Origin: Callorhinchus milii
Lineage: Eukaryota
NCBI RefSeq assembly: GCF_018977255.1
Contig: NW_024704752.1
Location: 12,958,001-13,022,000, forward strand
Reading direction: 5' to 3'
DNA length: 64,000 bases
A model generated the notes under the pieces. It made no database searches and was not told the origin of the DNA. It saw only the letters and a program-made list of their open reading frames with translations. The position numbers were made by a program, and so were the translations under genes. This document shows positions 43,282 to 57,052 of this stretch, in pieces (position 1 is the first letter of the stretch; each line of letters opens with the position of its first letter).

Positions 43282-44559
43282 AGTCTTGTCGGTGTTCCCC
43301 AATGAGCCAAACCAGGCCAAATGGGCCTGAACTAAGCGCTTTGAGAAGCTACCCCCTTTGTAGTGCGCTATATAAGTCCAAGTGTTGTTATTTGTTGTTA
43401 AATTAAATTTGTGGGGCTTGATCTATGTAACTATTGCCTCCTATGCTTTGTATAAGTTTGTGGACCGTTCTGTAAGGGGCACAATGACACCCAATGAGTT
43501 ATATTACTGAATAAAAATTTAATTCTGCACCTGCAACTTCTCCTGTTTCAATCTCAATACCATTGTAACTGGAGGCCACCAGGAAAGGAACATGCTGATA
43601 AATGCAAGTTTTGTTGTATTCATAGTAGTTTGCAAATATCATTGAGTTTGACCTTGACGCATTGACTAAATAGACACTGGCTCCACTCAGCTCAGGCAAC
43701 TAAGAAAGAGCCCCATAATAATATCCAAATGGTTAATCTGCACTGTAATCGTCAATCTACTTTGATGTCAAGACCTCAACCAGATGTTCAACACTTAACT
43801 GGTAACCAAGCAACATCAACAAAATTACATTTGTATAGCGACTTTCACATTGGGAAGACGTCCCGAGGTGCTGGACAATCAAATGTTTCGGACCATTCTG
43901 GATTGGCAAGGCTCCCTTGCATAAAGTGGTGCTGAGCAAAACCAATATTCTCACTGAGTTAGTACTGCTTGGTACCAACTATTATTAGAATTAGTAAAGA
44001 GGAAGAGCAGTATAAAAGAGTAGTGTCCTACTTTGTTAGAGATGCTAATTTTCAGGTGATGCATCAAAATAAGGTCCTGCCTTTATGTTCTGACCTTGAG
44101 AAATCCCATGGCACTATTCAAAAAAATTCTTCCAGAGAAATTGGCCATTCGCCTCTGGACCATTTGTGGTACCTTATGGGGCAAGCTTATTATGTTTGCC
44201 TACAAAAAAAAGTCACGTCACTATTTGGCAGTTATCTGTCAAGTGCACTAATTAAAAAGTTCTTTATTTGTGTTAGTTGCTTGAGCTGAAATGACTTGGG
44301 AGTCTCCAAAAGTTGGGAGTGGTATAACTAGTTGCATTTCAGACTCCTCAAATGTTCCTGTCACTCAGGCTGTCAGAGTACTGAGATCAAGTTTCCCTGG
44401 CAACATTGGTGAGTCTGAAAACTCCCAAGGAAGACGCTCCCGATGTTTGCGTCTTTTTTGGGGAGGAAAACCACTGAATTGCCTTGTGCAACGTATCCCA
44501 ATCTATCAAGGTTTAAAAGTCGTGCTTCAGGAAAAATACACACAAGAAGTCATTGGCGA

Positions 44560-45040
44560 GACCATTACTGTGCACGGTTCCGGTTGCCGCAGTACAAAAA
44601 AGGATATCGGAGAAATCGAGAAGATATAGAGGGCAACCCAAATGATTATTGAGGGAATGGAAGGACTGGACTATGAGGAGCGATTAAGTAAACTGGGTTT
44701 GTTCACGCTGGAAAAGAGAAGAGTGAGAGGCAACATTGATCGCTGCCTTTAAGATTCTAAAGGCGGCGGAGACGACATAGATCACGACAGACTGCTTCAA
44801 CGTGGCCGAAATAGTAAAACTAAAGGACACGGCTTGCGATTAAAGGAGAGGTCAAGTCAGAAGGAATCTACGCAAACGTTATTTATTTCCCAGTGAGCGA
44901 ACAGCGAAACCTGTGGAACAGACTCCCGAGGGAGACGGGTTGAAGCAGGAAGTGTTGATCCTTTCAAACACGGGATTAGTTTTCTGTCAGGAAATAACAT
45001 TACGGGGTACACAGTACAGTACGTGGGTCGGTTCGGGACA
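44560..45040 (+). mobile_element. CR1 LINE 3' fragment
   Basis: Decayed EK..RATQMI.GMEGLDYEERLSKLGLFTLEKRRVRG..FKILKG, the characteristic CR1 ORF2 C-terminus. Confidence 0.8.
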
Positions 45041-45289
45041 CATATATATATATATAAATGCGCGTATTCTTAGGCTCTCAATAACGGATTTTGCAAGTGC
45101 GCGATTCGGGAATCTGAACAAACGCACTGTTAAAAACACAATGAAGACCGAGTAAAATGGCTGCGCCTCAACCAAAGGTTCTCGCCCTTCACATCAACGG
45201 TTAGTTCCCCACTTCTCCCCCCCACACACACACTCCCCCCCACCCCAACAGCCCAAAAAAAAAAACCCCCCACCCTATTTCACAAAGTG

Positions 45290-46400
45290 ATCAGTGATTA
45301 GGGGCCGCGAGGTGAGGTGAGGCCGATCGATTCCCGGCCCCGCGGTGGTGTCGCGGCGGCCGTGGCCCCCACCAGGAGCTGGGAAGTAGGCGCAATATAT
45401 GTCGGTGGTTTGCGAACGATGTGGAGGATGTGGGGGAGGGTGTGGGGGGGGGGAGGGTGTGGGGGCGGCCCCTTCACTGGAATTAGCCTTTTCTTTCGTT
45501 GTTTTTTTTAGAAGAAACCCCAGAAATACCTGACAAAAAGATGGCGCTCTCCGGAGGCGCTCGGGTGGCCGAGGCGCACGCGCGAGAGGGTCCTGGCACA
45601 CGCCCCCCTCCCCCCCTCCGAAGCGCACGCGCGACACCGTCCTGGCACAAGGTCCGCCGAGGCGCAGGCGCGAGCGGCTCCCCCCCTCGGACGGAGGACC
45701 GAGTCATGCCCGCTGCCGAGGTGAAAGGTTGCGCTTGCCGGAACGAGTGCGCCTGCGCCTGCGCGGGCGCTCAGTGTAAGATGGCGGCGGTTGGTGATGG
45801 AGCGGGGTCGGCCGGGTCGGCGCTGCAGGGGTTAATCCGGCAATTTACAGCCATTACAGGTAAATAAATAGCCCACGAAAGGGCGGGCGGGCGGCGGCGG
45901 CGTGTGCGCGCGTGTGTGTCCGGAGTCTGGGCGAAGGTGTACTGGGGAGTAGAGAGAGAGAGAGAAAGGAAGGAAGAAAGAAAGCGGGACAGTGAGTGAT
46001 GGGAGGGGAGATGGAGAGAGATGGGGTGAGTGCCTGGTCAGGGGATGGGGAGAGCAGGCCCGGGGGTGGGGTGGGGGGGGATAGCAATACCGGGCCCAGC
46101 GCAGCTCCCACCTGCCCTGAAAGCTCTGCTGCTTTACCGGGGGAGGGAGGGAGGAGGGAGGAGAGTTGTCTAACGGCAATCGGAGTGACCCGAGGAAAAC
46201 AACCTGGCCTTGCGGGGGGGGGAGCCCTGTGTGGGTGTAGTGAAGCCCCTCCCTGCTTCATAGCACCGAATCGACCCCCTCCCCCCCACCCTCCCCAGCA
46301 AGAGTTAGCGCAGCCTTCACCTGAGACCTTCCCCTTCAGTCGAGAAGTAATGCAGCCCCCACCCCCCCCCTCCTCCTCCTCCTCCTCCACCCACCCACCC
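45290..46400. promoter_or_regulatory. CpG island / UBXN7 promoter
   Basis: CpG-rich. NRF1-like TGCGCCTGCGCCTGCGC at 45748-45764, YY1-type AAGATGGCGGC overlapping the ATG (45778-45788), and a second AAGATGGCG at 45538. Confidence 0.85.
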
Positions 46401-49400
46401 ACCTCAATCTGGTCGTTTCCTTCTTTCTCAGCGTAGTCTCCTCCACCTGATTGCTTCCCCTTCCCCAGTGGAGGGTTTTAGTGCATTCCCTTCCATCCAC
46501 CTGACAGCGTTTTCTCTTCTCCATTGTAAGTTGCCTTTATCCTCCCCCTTCCCTCCACTTGACAACTGCCCTCGCTTCAGTGGGATGGTGATGCAGGTCC
46601 ACGACCTGGCAGTTATTTTTCCACGGTGGTTTGTCGAATTTATTTATGATGCACGGATGTTTTGCGGACTCCATGGTTCAGTGTTACTCAGATAACTTGC
46701 ATACACTTAGTGATGGGTTTGTGCATACACCAGACAATAATTGTTAAATAATTCTCGCATTTTGATATAGTAGGTTTTGTGCCAGGAGGAAAATGATATT
46801 TATTTATGCATACTTTCATACAGCATCTAGTTTGGAAATGTGTGTGGATCTAAGGATTGATTTGTACTGGGTCGCACAAAGAAACTTTTTCACAATATAT
46901 GGTGAATGCAACCTTTCAATTGTATACAGAACATAACAATTTAAAATTATAAACAGAAACAGTTATATGGAGTTGTGCTACTTATTCATGTAGATTTACT
47001 TTGTATATTTAATAGATAATCTGTGGCTATACATAAATTGCCATCCATTGATAGTATATGGCCTGGGCTAGTATAAGGAATATATGCTTACTGAATTTCT
47101 AAATTCACAAATTCTGTGTGGCAGTCATGTTTGTATATGTGCGTGTGCACATATGCATGCAACTGGTGTGTGTGTGTGTGAAAACCAGGAGTGTGTTCAT
47201 CTCTTATGAGTCTCTAGTTTCCTGTTTAGTTTCCTGTAATGACATGAAAGCAAGAGGAAAAATCTGCATCCAGATCATCTCGGACAGTTCGCTCTCATTT
47301 AGCATAACTATTTATTCACACAGATGTCTGTCTTGCCATCTGTCAGTTCACACAGATCTAGAGATGGTGAAGATAATCATGAAGTGGGACTGCTTTTAAA
47401 ATTAAGGTTATGTTTATCCAACATGAAAACTTAAGCCCTTTATACTTTTAATCTATTAAGGCAATTTTAGATGGTAGTTAATTTGCTGGATACTTAAAGT
47501 TCTGTAATACTTTTTGTTGTGATTTAGGTGCCAGTGAAAGTGTGGGGAAGCACATATTAGAAGCATGCAACAACAATTTGGAGATGGCTGTCACAATGTA
47601 CCTGGATGGTGGTGGAATAGCTGAAGAGCCTAGTACCAGCACTGCAGGAACATCAGCGAGCAGACCACCTGCACAGTATGTTTTGAAATCTTCATTGTGC
47701 AATTGTACTACTGCATCTGTTCGGTTTATCTAACGTTTTAGATTTCTACATCTGGAGAACAGAATTATTTGTTTCTTGCAATCTACTTGTTCAGCCCCGG
47801 GGCCATAATCAATGAAACAATTGACTTTTTGGTAAAGTTTCCCAGCTAGGTTAATGATATGAGTTTTAAACATATCCAGTATACCAGTTAAAGCAGGACC
47901 TTATTTCACAAATTTTAATGTTACCACTTTAAGTACCGCCAACAAAACTCCCTCTCCGAAACAAAACCATTGATATTCAGGGTCCATGGGTCAATCTTGT
48001 CAAGATCCCAGTGTGTTGGCTTGCCATTGATAGGCTGCTGTCAGCCTCCACTGAATGCAATGCTTCACTTGCAATCATTGAGGAATATCTTCTTGTTATT
48101 TAGATTTTTATTACTATAAACTAAGAAGATTCCTTCCTGTTTTCTGTTAAAACGAGGAGAAACTGGGGGAATGTTATCCTTATGGTGATTAAAGACATTT
48201 GATGCTCTTACATTCAAGCTATTCTGTAGAAAATGTTTTGATATTTATGTACATCAAATTGATATTTATGTATATCAAATGCAAGGATTATTATTAGAAA
48301 ATTCTTACTTTCAACTGTAGGGTGTTTGAGCTTTTTTTTAATTAAGCCTGCTTTCTAGGTCAACAGTCTCTGCTAAGGGCAGAATTTCAGTTATTGTGCA
48401 TTTGATTACAGAGCATAATACAATACAGCACAAATTTACATTTGTATAGCACTTTTATAATGTCCCAAGCTGGAGGTGGACTACGTATGTGTACGTTTTA
48501 AGGCTCTGGACACCATACGATCACCTTCAGTTTTCAGTCGCATGTTTCACAACCATAAGAGCGGAAATGAGATGACAATTGGTACTGGTAGACTTCTGGT
48601 TTGTGTTTGAACTTGATGTCGCACTGGTGTCATGCTTGTTTCCTAAGTTAGCCAAAGATGTTGGTAACTTTGAGGATTGTGCTTCCCAGAAAGATAGCTT
48701 CTGAGCCGCATTTAATTGGCTACATATTTAATAAAGAAAATTATTGTTTTGAGTGCAGGTTATTATGTGACAGAAATTATTTTCAAGCAAATAAGCGAGC
48801 ATTATACAGCTGTTGCAAATCGGTGTCTGTGAAGATCTTTAGATGATCCTCTATATAAACAAGCAGTATTCATCAGTGAAGAGTAACTTAAACAAATAAT
48901 TTATTCCTTGGTCCTTGCTAGTCTTCAATGAATGAAGACTTTGCCATAGGTTCTGAACTGGATGTACATTCCAATACCTGGATTTATAGTAGCGCCTGCT
49001 GTATTGACTGTAAAGAAGAGGCTAAAGAGATCTTGGGCAAGAACATTTTTGGGCTAAAGAATGGGCAAACTAAGACTGAGTGTATACATGTCATCCATAA
49101 TGTTTCATATCTCAATCCTGAGTTGAGAAAATTAATGTAGCCTTTTCATTGTCTGTCAAGTCAAATGACATTGTTCCTAGATTTTATTTTATTTAAGAGT
49201 TGATGGACTTTGTCATTAGAGCTGTCTATATCATGGCACCAGAGTTTCACAGAAGTCCAGAGACTTTTGTTTCTTCCTTCTATCTTGTATTTTTTTGTTG
49301 ATAAAAGTTTTGTGCTAAATGTGATGACTAGAGGTCCCCTCTCTTATATGTGAATCTTATCAAGAAGTCTTCATATTTATTCTATGGAGACAACTCAGGT

Positions 49401-52400
49401 TGATGGGGATTGTTGTCCTGCATCGCCAGCTGAAAGCTCACAGATCTGCTTGCTACCAGATTTATAAAGTAGGGTAGAGATTTGCTGCCATTACCCACAG
49501 TCACTTGTCTGATGCTAAATGTATTGGTCACAGATCTGCAGAGTAGTGTGAATCAAAAGCTTATGAAGAGAAGGCCAGAAGTTTCTCCCTAGCTGACGTT
49601 TCTTCATTTCATGTAATTTTAGGGACGAAGTCCGAGCACCAATTCCACAAAAGCAAGATATCCTAGTAGAACCTGAGCCTTTGTTTGGGGGTAAGACACT
49701 TTCAATATCATTGTCTTGATCTTTTTTCTTTGCGTAACTGTCTTGTTCTTATCGGAATATTTACTAAAAGAGACCTATATGTGAAAACTTTTAAAAGGTC
49801 TGAAGTATCCATTGAAGGATTTTGATATGGCAATGAACGAGTTGTTTGAAAGCAAACTGATTTGTTTTAATGCAATGGCTGCACTGTTCACTATGAACCA
49901 GTCAGTGCTCATCCTCTTGATCTGATTTTCTTCCATTACCTTACAGCAGTGTTTGTCTCTGACGTAAGGGCCACAGCCCCAAACTTCTTGTTCGAGGGCT
50001 ATGGTGCCCAATGCTGAAATATAAATTCCTGGGGTGTTGGCCTGGTCTATGATCACAATTCTCTTCCTCACCACAGCGAGCTCCTGTTGTCAATTATTCT
50101 ATCATGAGCAATTACAAAGTAGGCACCAGTCATTTCCTACAGAGAAAGGGGGAAAAAAAATTACAGAACCTATCATTCTATTAAAACTAATTGTTTTATA
50201 GAGCCTTTGGACTTGCTTTCACATGATGCAAAGCAAAGTCATAACACAATAACAGTAGGAACAGAATAAAAGCCACAATTAGTCCAATGACTGTGAAGAG
50301 GAGGTGGGAAGAAAAAAATATCTCCAGGCTTCAGAGGCTACAAGGCCTTAATAAGGTAATATTATCTGTTGGGAAAGAGTTGCTAGTTTTATCCTGAATA
50401 ATTGCAGTTCTGTTTTCCACAGCTCCAAAACGACGGAGACCTGCACGTTCTATATTTGATGGGTTTCGAGACTTCCAGACCGAAACGAGTGAGTATTGCT
50501 GTTGTAAGTGTATCTACTTTAACTTTTACAAAATTAAGAGAACTGTGAACGCTGTTGCAACTTACTCTCTAAAAGTGAGACAGGTTTACCTTCCATGTAC
50601 TATACGACTGCCAAAGTGGCACCAGCAGCACTGGTTGCACAGAAAGTGTTGCAACACTCGCTCTGCATGCGCCCATAGCCGTTTAACAAGAATTGATGGT
50701 GGAAGTGGGCCATGTTTTAGTGCTGGAAGCTGCTTATCTAGCGTTGGAAGCTGGGTGTACTGCATGTTTGGTTTGCAGAGATCGACAGGACACCAGCACT
50801 GTCAGCAAGTCCACACTAAGAAGGGGTGTTATAATGGGGCTTGCCTTTGGAAGCTTTGTAACCCAATAAGGATTTTTGGGAAAGCACGCAAAAATTGGAT
50901 AGGATTTGTTGAACGGGGACTAGAGGAAAGTAGAACTACAATGCATATGAATTCTCAAGATTAATGTTGAAATGATAGAATACATAACTGGAAAAAAGTT
51001 GTAAAAAAAAATAATAATTTGCTTTGTTTATGATGACATTAAAAAGTGTGGACATGTTGCACTTTCAAACTCCACAGATACCTGTTCTCTATATAAAAGT
51101 ATCATCCATTATGTATGTATTAACATGCTATTGTGATGTGTTTACAGTTAGACAGGAGCAGGAGCTACGGAATGGTGGTCCAGTGGACAAGAAGCTGACC
51201 ACATTGGCAGATCTCTTCAGACCACCCATAGACCTTATGCACAAAGGCAGCTTTGAAACGGTGAGAGCTTAAGAACCGAGCTGCAAACACTGAGTAACAA
51301 TTGCAAGAATGGACATGGCTAACATTCATGGGTAGTGTCATTTCCCTCTGTTGACGGATGCGTAGTTCCTGCAAATGCATTAGTCAGCTGTTTGATTTCT
51401 GTTCATTTATTTGGTTGATTCAATTTCTCTCTCAAATTTATTATCTACTCTTGTAGGACCCCTGCATTATTCTCAACCCGAGAGGGTGAATGACTTATTT
51501 CCAGTGTTGCCAAGGAATGTGTGTAAATAGCAGTAGAGAGTTTGTCTTGGTATTTATTTATTTAGTAGCTGTACCCATTGCAGCTACGCTTGCAACCAGA
51601 GGATCCAATATGGAATGTAGATTGACACTCAGACAGACATTTCATCTTTATCTAGACTCCTGGGGGAGGACTCCTGCAGGAGTGCTCACCCTTTAAAAAT
51701 GTAATTTTGTTGTTGTTGCCCCGGGTTAGCTTCATCTGTGTTCTTTATTTTGTTGAAATGTAATTGATAATACTGGATTATTGTTCAATGTCAATGCACA
51801 AAATCAAAACCTGGAAAAAATAATTTGGGTGAAAACTGCACATTTGTGGAGTGATTTCAGTGGTGAGATGGAAACAACCTATATATCCCAATATAGAATT
51901 TAGTAAATGAATCTATGATAACTATGGGCAAATTCAAAAAAGACTGGATACATGGTTGAGGGAGAATAAATTGAGTAATACGTGGAAAAGGTTGGAATAT
52001 GGAGCTAAGGGTAGGATCTATGCTGGGCACTGATGTGGCACTAGTTGGGCTGAATGGCCTGTTTCTGGCTATACTTTCTATGAATCTATGAAATGTAAGG
52101 TAAATGCATGCATACACTAACTAAAGCATGCAGATTCTTTCAAATATCCCATATTTAGGGTACCAAACTCAGTTTGTAAATACTTTATATTTTTATTTAT
52201 AATGTTTTTCTACATAAATCATTCTGATAGAGTTTAAGACATCATGGTAATTTAGTGCAAATAAGTGAAATAGACTGTTGCCCAGAATAGCTTAATTAAG
52301 AATTGGAAGTTTAAGGCTGGCAGAGAGTCTTTCATTCCGACCATCTGGGCTGAATTCACCTCCACGATCCAAATGAAAGGGCTAGTGTGCTGATTGACTA

Positions 52401-55400
52401 TAACACCCCCAGTGAAAATTTTTATTTATTTTTTTAAAAAACTTCACCGACTCCCCATCCCTAAGAGGATCGAGTTCAAGATTCTTGTCCTCACTTTTAA
52501 AGCGCTCCACAGTCCCACTAAAAATTTACCAATCTGCCCACTCCCTCTGCTTGGCAGGCACTGGCCTGCTCCAGGTCTCCATTCTGCCTGTTCCACCATT
52601 GGCAGTCAGGCCTTCAGCCTTTCTTCCCCCTTTGGGTCGCACCCTCCCTTGCCTCCTTGAAGGCCTGTCTCAAGACCTTTGTCTTTGACTGTGCCTTTGG
52701 TCATCCTTCCATTTCCACCTCCTTTCCCTCCATCCCTTTTAACTCCAACCCACAGCTCGGTTGCAAATACTTGACTGTCCGCTGCCTTGGGACTTCCTCC
52801 TAACATGAAAAGCGCTATATGAATGCAATTTTCTGTTGTTGTTTTATTGGAAAACAAATTCTAGTGTTCTAAGTAGTTGTCGATTTTTTAAAAAAATACA
52901 ATATCATTGTCTTTCAATTATTTTGATGGTCAAAAAATTGCTTAAATTGAAGTGCTGAAGGAAGATTCTTTTAAGTTTCAACTTGCTACTTAATATTTGC
53001 AAGGCAGGATTGGAGCAGAACAAATACGTTTACAATTCATCACTTTGGTAAAGTGCACTTCCCTTTAAAGTATTTCCCATTAACAGTACAATCTGCTGTC
53101 TTGCACTCAACTCACCTGATGAAGTAACAACATTGTAATTTAATTCTTCCCTCTGGACAGGCAAAGGAGTCTGGACAGCTGCAGAACAAATGGTTGATGG
53201 TGAACATTCAGAATGTGCAGGATTTTGCCTGTCAGTGCCTGAACCGTGATGTTTGGAGCAATGAAGCAGTGAAAACCGTTATTCGTGAGCACTTCATCTT
53301 TTGGCAGGTAAAGGACTTGGGGTATTGGAGCTCTAGACTTCTGCTGAACGTTAATGTCAATGAAATTAAAAGTTCTACTCAATAGTCCATGACTCCAGTT
53401 AGTCCTGCTTTTGACATGTGGTTTTATATTACCATGGGACTGTAAATTCAAACAAGCTTACTACTATTACTTTTCTGTGGCATTTGCCCTTCAAATGTGT
53501 TGCTTTTTATTCCCCTTTAGCTCCCCCCTCCCCAAAATCTTAGTATTTATTTGCAGTTCTTACATAACAACTTGCACTTAAATAGCATTTTTCACAAGGG
53601 GAGTGCTGGAATAACCAATATAGTCCATTGGATGAGGCCACTTTTTGCCTGTTCGGGTGGATGTTAAAGATGCCATGGCACTATTCCTATGACATCTTGA
53701 AGGAAGTTTTTCCCCCGTGTTCTGGCCAACAATCCCCCAAATAAAATTGGTCACTTATTCCATGTCTATTTGATAACATTGCTGTGCACAAATGGCTGCC
53801 GTGTTCCACCCACAAAATGCACAGTCACTCCACTTTGCAGTATATTCTATGAAGCACTTTGAGATGTCTCGACGATGTGATAGTTGCTATATCAAATACA
53901 AAGATTATTATTTTATAAAAAAGCTCTATTCTGTTTTCCAGGTTTATCATGATAGTGAGGAAGGACAAAGATACGTGCAATTCTATCAGCTCTCAGACTT
54001 CCCCTATGTTTCCATACTAGATCCTCGTACGGGTGAGAATTTGTTTTCATTTTAACCTTGTCTGGTTTGAATGTCCTTAAACATGGTGATGTGCTTTCAT
54101 GAGTGTCAGATACCCAACTGACAAAATAAATGATTATGACTGGTTTTGATGACTTGACTCATCCATTCATTCTTAATTATGTCAAATCCTCCCACTTGTG
54201 GGACTTCTAAATCATCTACCAAGCTCAGGAATGTTAATATAATTCGCAGAAGGAATCAAATCTCACTTCCCAGACATTCACAAAGGCTGATGTCTTGAAG
54301 GGGAGAATTCATTTAAAGAATAAACTAACTTCACGATATTAATTTGAAATTTAAAGCAACTCCAAATATTGAAAGGAATTGTATAGCTTCATTTTTTTCT
54401 GCTGCCCAGCAAATTATTCAGAATTGGAATAGGCATTTGAAATTAAGGATGGAATATGAGGTGTTCTTGTTTTCTCATGACAGGTCAGAAACTGGTTGAG
54501 TGGCGTAACTTAGATGTAAGTTCCTTCCTGGAGCAGGTGACGGGGTTTTTAACAGAGCATGGCCTGTTGGATGGACTCTCCTGCAGCCCACCAAAGAAAC
54601 GTCAACGTTCAGTAAGTGCAAGGATGGTTAATGCTAATATCAACAAATTTATATATCACTTTAAATGTCGGGAGGATGGGCCAAGGTGTTGGACAGTGAA
54701 GGGGTTTTGCACCTGAACTCGGGTTTGGAGTCAAGAGGGGTGGTGGGCAAGTGGGAGGATGACAAAAGGCACGGTCAAAGAGGAAGGTCTTGAGACAGGT
54801 CTCAAAGCAGGCAGGGGAAGGGCTCTGGCCTGGAGTTCCAGAGGGTGGGGGCAGAAATAGAATACATGCTGAAGTTGATGCGGTATTAGTTTGGGGGAGG
54901 AGGGAAATGGCAACTGATACAAGCTTGAGGAAGGTGGTGGTGGTTGGAGGATATCAGTTTGAAGTTCATGTAGTTTAAAATGGTTTGGGTTATTTTGTAC
55001 TTTATGGTCTAACTGCCTTGATTTAATAAGTATTCTGTTTCTGATAGGAGAGTTTGATTGACGCCAGTGAGGACAGTCAGCTGGAAGCAGCGATCAAGGC
55101 ATCTCTACAAGAGACGCACTACGAATCGTCTAGCCCTGAAAACGAGGACCAGTCAGATGAGGAATCGGAGGCAGAAGCTTTCTCAGACAGTGAGGGCTTC
55201 ATTTCCATCAATGGATCAGATGACGAGAGGGAAGAGGAGACGAATACAAAAAAGAAAACTCCACCTCACAAGGATCTAAGCTGTAAACAGACGTGTGTAG
55301 AATTACCTGAAAGGACTGAGACAGGAAAAGATACTGGTTTGGAATTTTCCTGCAAGGACAGTTCTGAGAGAATACAGTCAGTGGCAGATGCAGAAGCCTC

Positions 55401-57052
55401 AATGATGCAACAAGAGATAGAAGATGAGACAGAGTTTTTTGATACCAGTGGTAAGGGCTTCTTTCTGTATTTTTATAAAGATTTTTTTCTCCGTGAAAAT
55501 ATTCTTGAATATCATGCCAATCAAGAGCATATTGTGGAACAAATTACTGTTAACAATTTCAATCTGTGTTTACTATTTTACCCTGTTAGATGTACATTGG
55601 TATATGTTACTTTGCTCCTGCTGGAAAGACTTATGCGTTCTTGGAATGATGAGCTTTGTCTGAAAGTTTTAAATGGAGAATAATTTCTATTCCAAAAAAG
55701 GAGACAAACTAACATTTTTGGGGTATTTATTTGATATGTAGATGAAAAGAATTACAAAAAAATCTAGGCCTACCAATGTACCATTAAACTAATTTCAAGG
55801 CAGGTGTTACTGTGAGAACTTACCAAAACTTGCCATTTCCTTTGTACTACCTGTGACTTACTGCTATTGGCACTTTTGCTGTTTGATTTGTATAAAATAA
55901 GCAGGTTTTTGCCTTTTCTTATAAGGTTGAATCTTGTTAAGACACTTTCCAGATGTGAATACCGTGGAGGTCTAAATCAAAATTGTGTTATATGATCTTA
56001 CCTTACACAGGACCAAAGGCAAGTCTGATGTTGCGATACCCAAATGGACAAAGGGAACAGATTGCACTCCCAGCTCAAGCAAAGTTATTGGTCAGTTATT
56101 TCTTTACATTTTGCATATTTGCTCTGAGGAGATTACTGTAGCTTCTAAAAGGAAATAGTGCATTTTAACTGCAGTTGATAATAGAGCTATTCTGAATGAT
56201 AAACTTCCTCAGAAAATAAGGAACACTATATCAAAATGAACATTGCTCCCAAGACAAGATGATCCCTGTAGTAAATCCACATAGTAAATCCAGAAAGATG
56301 TTAATTTAATTTTGGTAGACTATGAAGTGGTTTATTTCCAAGAAATTAACTCCTGCAGCATTTATATTAGTTCTAAGTTCATTCCAGGGACCTTAGTATT
56401 GGTACAGGGTGTGTGGATATCAGTGCACTAATTACTTCACCATGCAGGCCCTTGCAGTAACGAATTACACTTGATGATTTTCCTACTGCTGCTGCATGGC
56501 GAGTTAAAAGTTCCTAATGCAAAATGCCTGATTTGTATATCAAATGTGGGAAGTTGCGATACCAATATTCATTGTGGAGTAAAATGCAGGAATTGATTTA
56601 TACATGAAACATAGTCCAATTTGGATCAGAGATGTGTGGAACAGCAAAAAATTACATTTGTGTTGTGCCTTTCACGTCAGGAGGACATTCTAAGACACTG
56701 GACGGTCACGGATTTGCACCTGAACTGAGGGTTGGGCTCAGGAGGGGTGGAGGGCAGGGAGGGTTGGGGTAGATCAAAGAGAAGGGTCTTGAGATGGGAC
56801 TTGAAGGAGAAAAGGAAGCGGGTGAGGCGAGGGGACTAACGGATTATATCCTATTATTAATCTCTTTATTATGCCTTGTTTTTCCCTCAGGCACTGGTAA
56901 AACACATCCAGTCGAAAGGATACCCCAATGAACGATTTGAACTGGTCACCAACTTTCCACGCAGAAAGCTTTCCCACTTGGACTATGAAATTACACTACA
57001 GGAAGCTGGGTTGTGTCCTCAGGAAACTGTATTTGTTCAGGAAAGAAATTAA
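45781..57052 (+). CDS. UBXN7: UBX domain protein 7 (p97 adaptor; UBA-UAS-UIM-UBX)
   Basis: Exons 45781-45859, 47528-47675, 49623-49690, 50423-50488, 51148-51260, 53161-53307, 53942-54032, 54484-54611, 55048-55450, 56011-56090, 56891-57052 are phase-consistent. Motifs: LEACNNNLEMAVTMYLDG, LADLFRPPIDLMHKG, CQCLNRDVWSN, DASEDSQLEAAIKASLQE, TNFPRRKL..LQEAGLCPQETVFVQERN. Confidence 0.96.
51860..52092 (+). mobile_element. CR1 LINE 3' end
   Basis: ttcaaaaaagactggatacatgg..gggctgaatggcctgtttct..ttctatgaatctatga: CR1-type 3' UTR with (ATTCTATG)-like terminal repeats. Confidence 0.7.
52440..52845 (+). mobile_element. L2 LINE 3' fragment
   Basis: LHRLPIPKRIEFKILVLTFKALH..STIGSQAFS plus tail. Confidence 0.75.
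53625..53912 (+). mobile_element. Deu-domain SINE fragment
   Basis: gggtggatgttaaagatgccatggcactattc..gtgttctggccaacaatcccc resembles the Deu core (SacSINE1/AmnSINE1 type) and continues into the same tail as the tRNA-SINE. A related copy lies at about 24680-24950. Confidence 0.6.

Noticed and set aside
45275-46436. ORFs of 115-182 aa around the UBXN7 start
   Set aside because: Low-complexity CpG-island ORFs; only 45781-45859 is a real exon.
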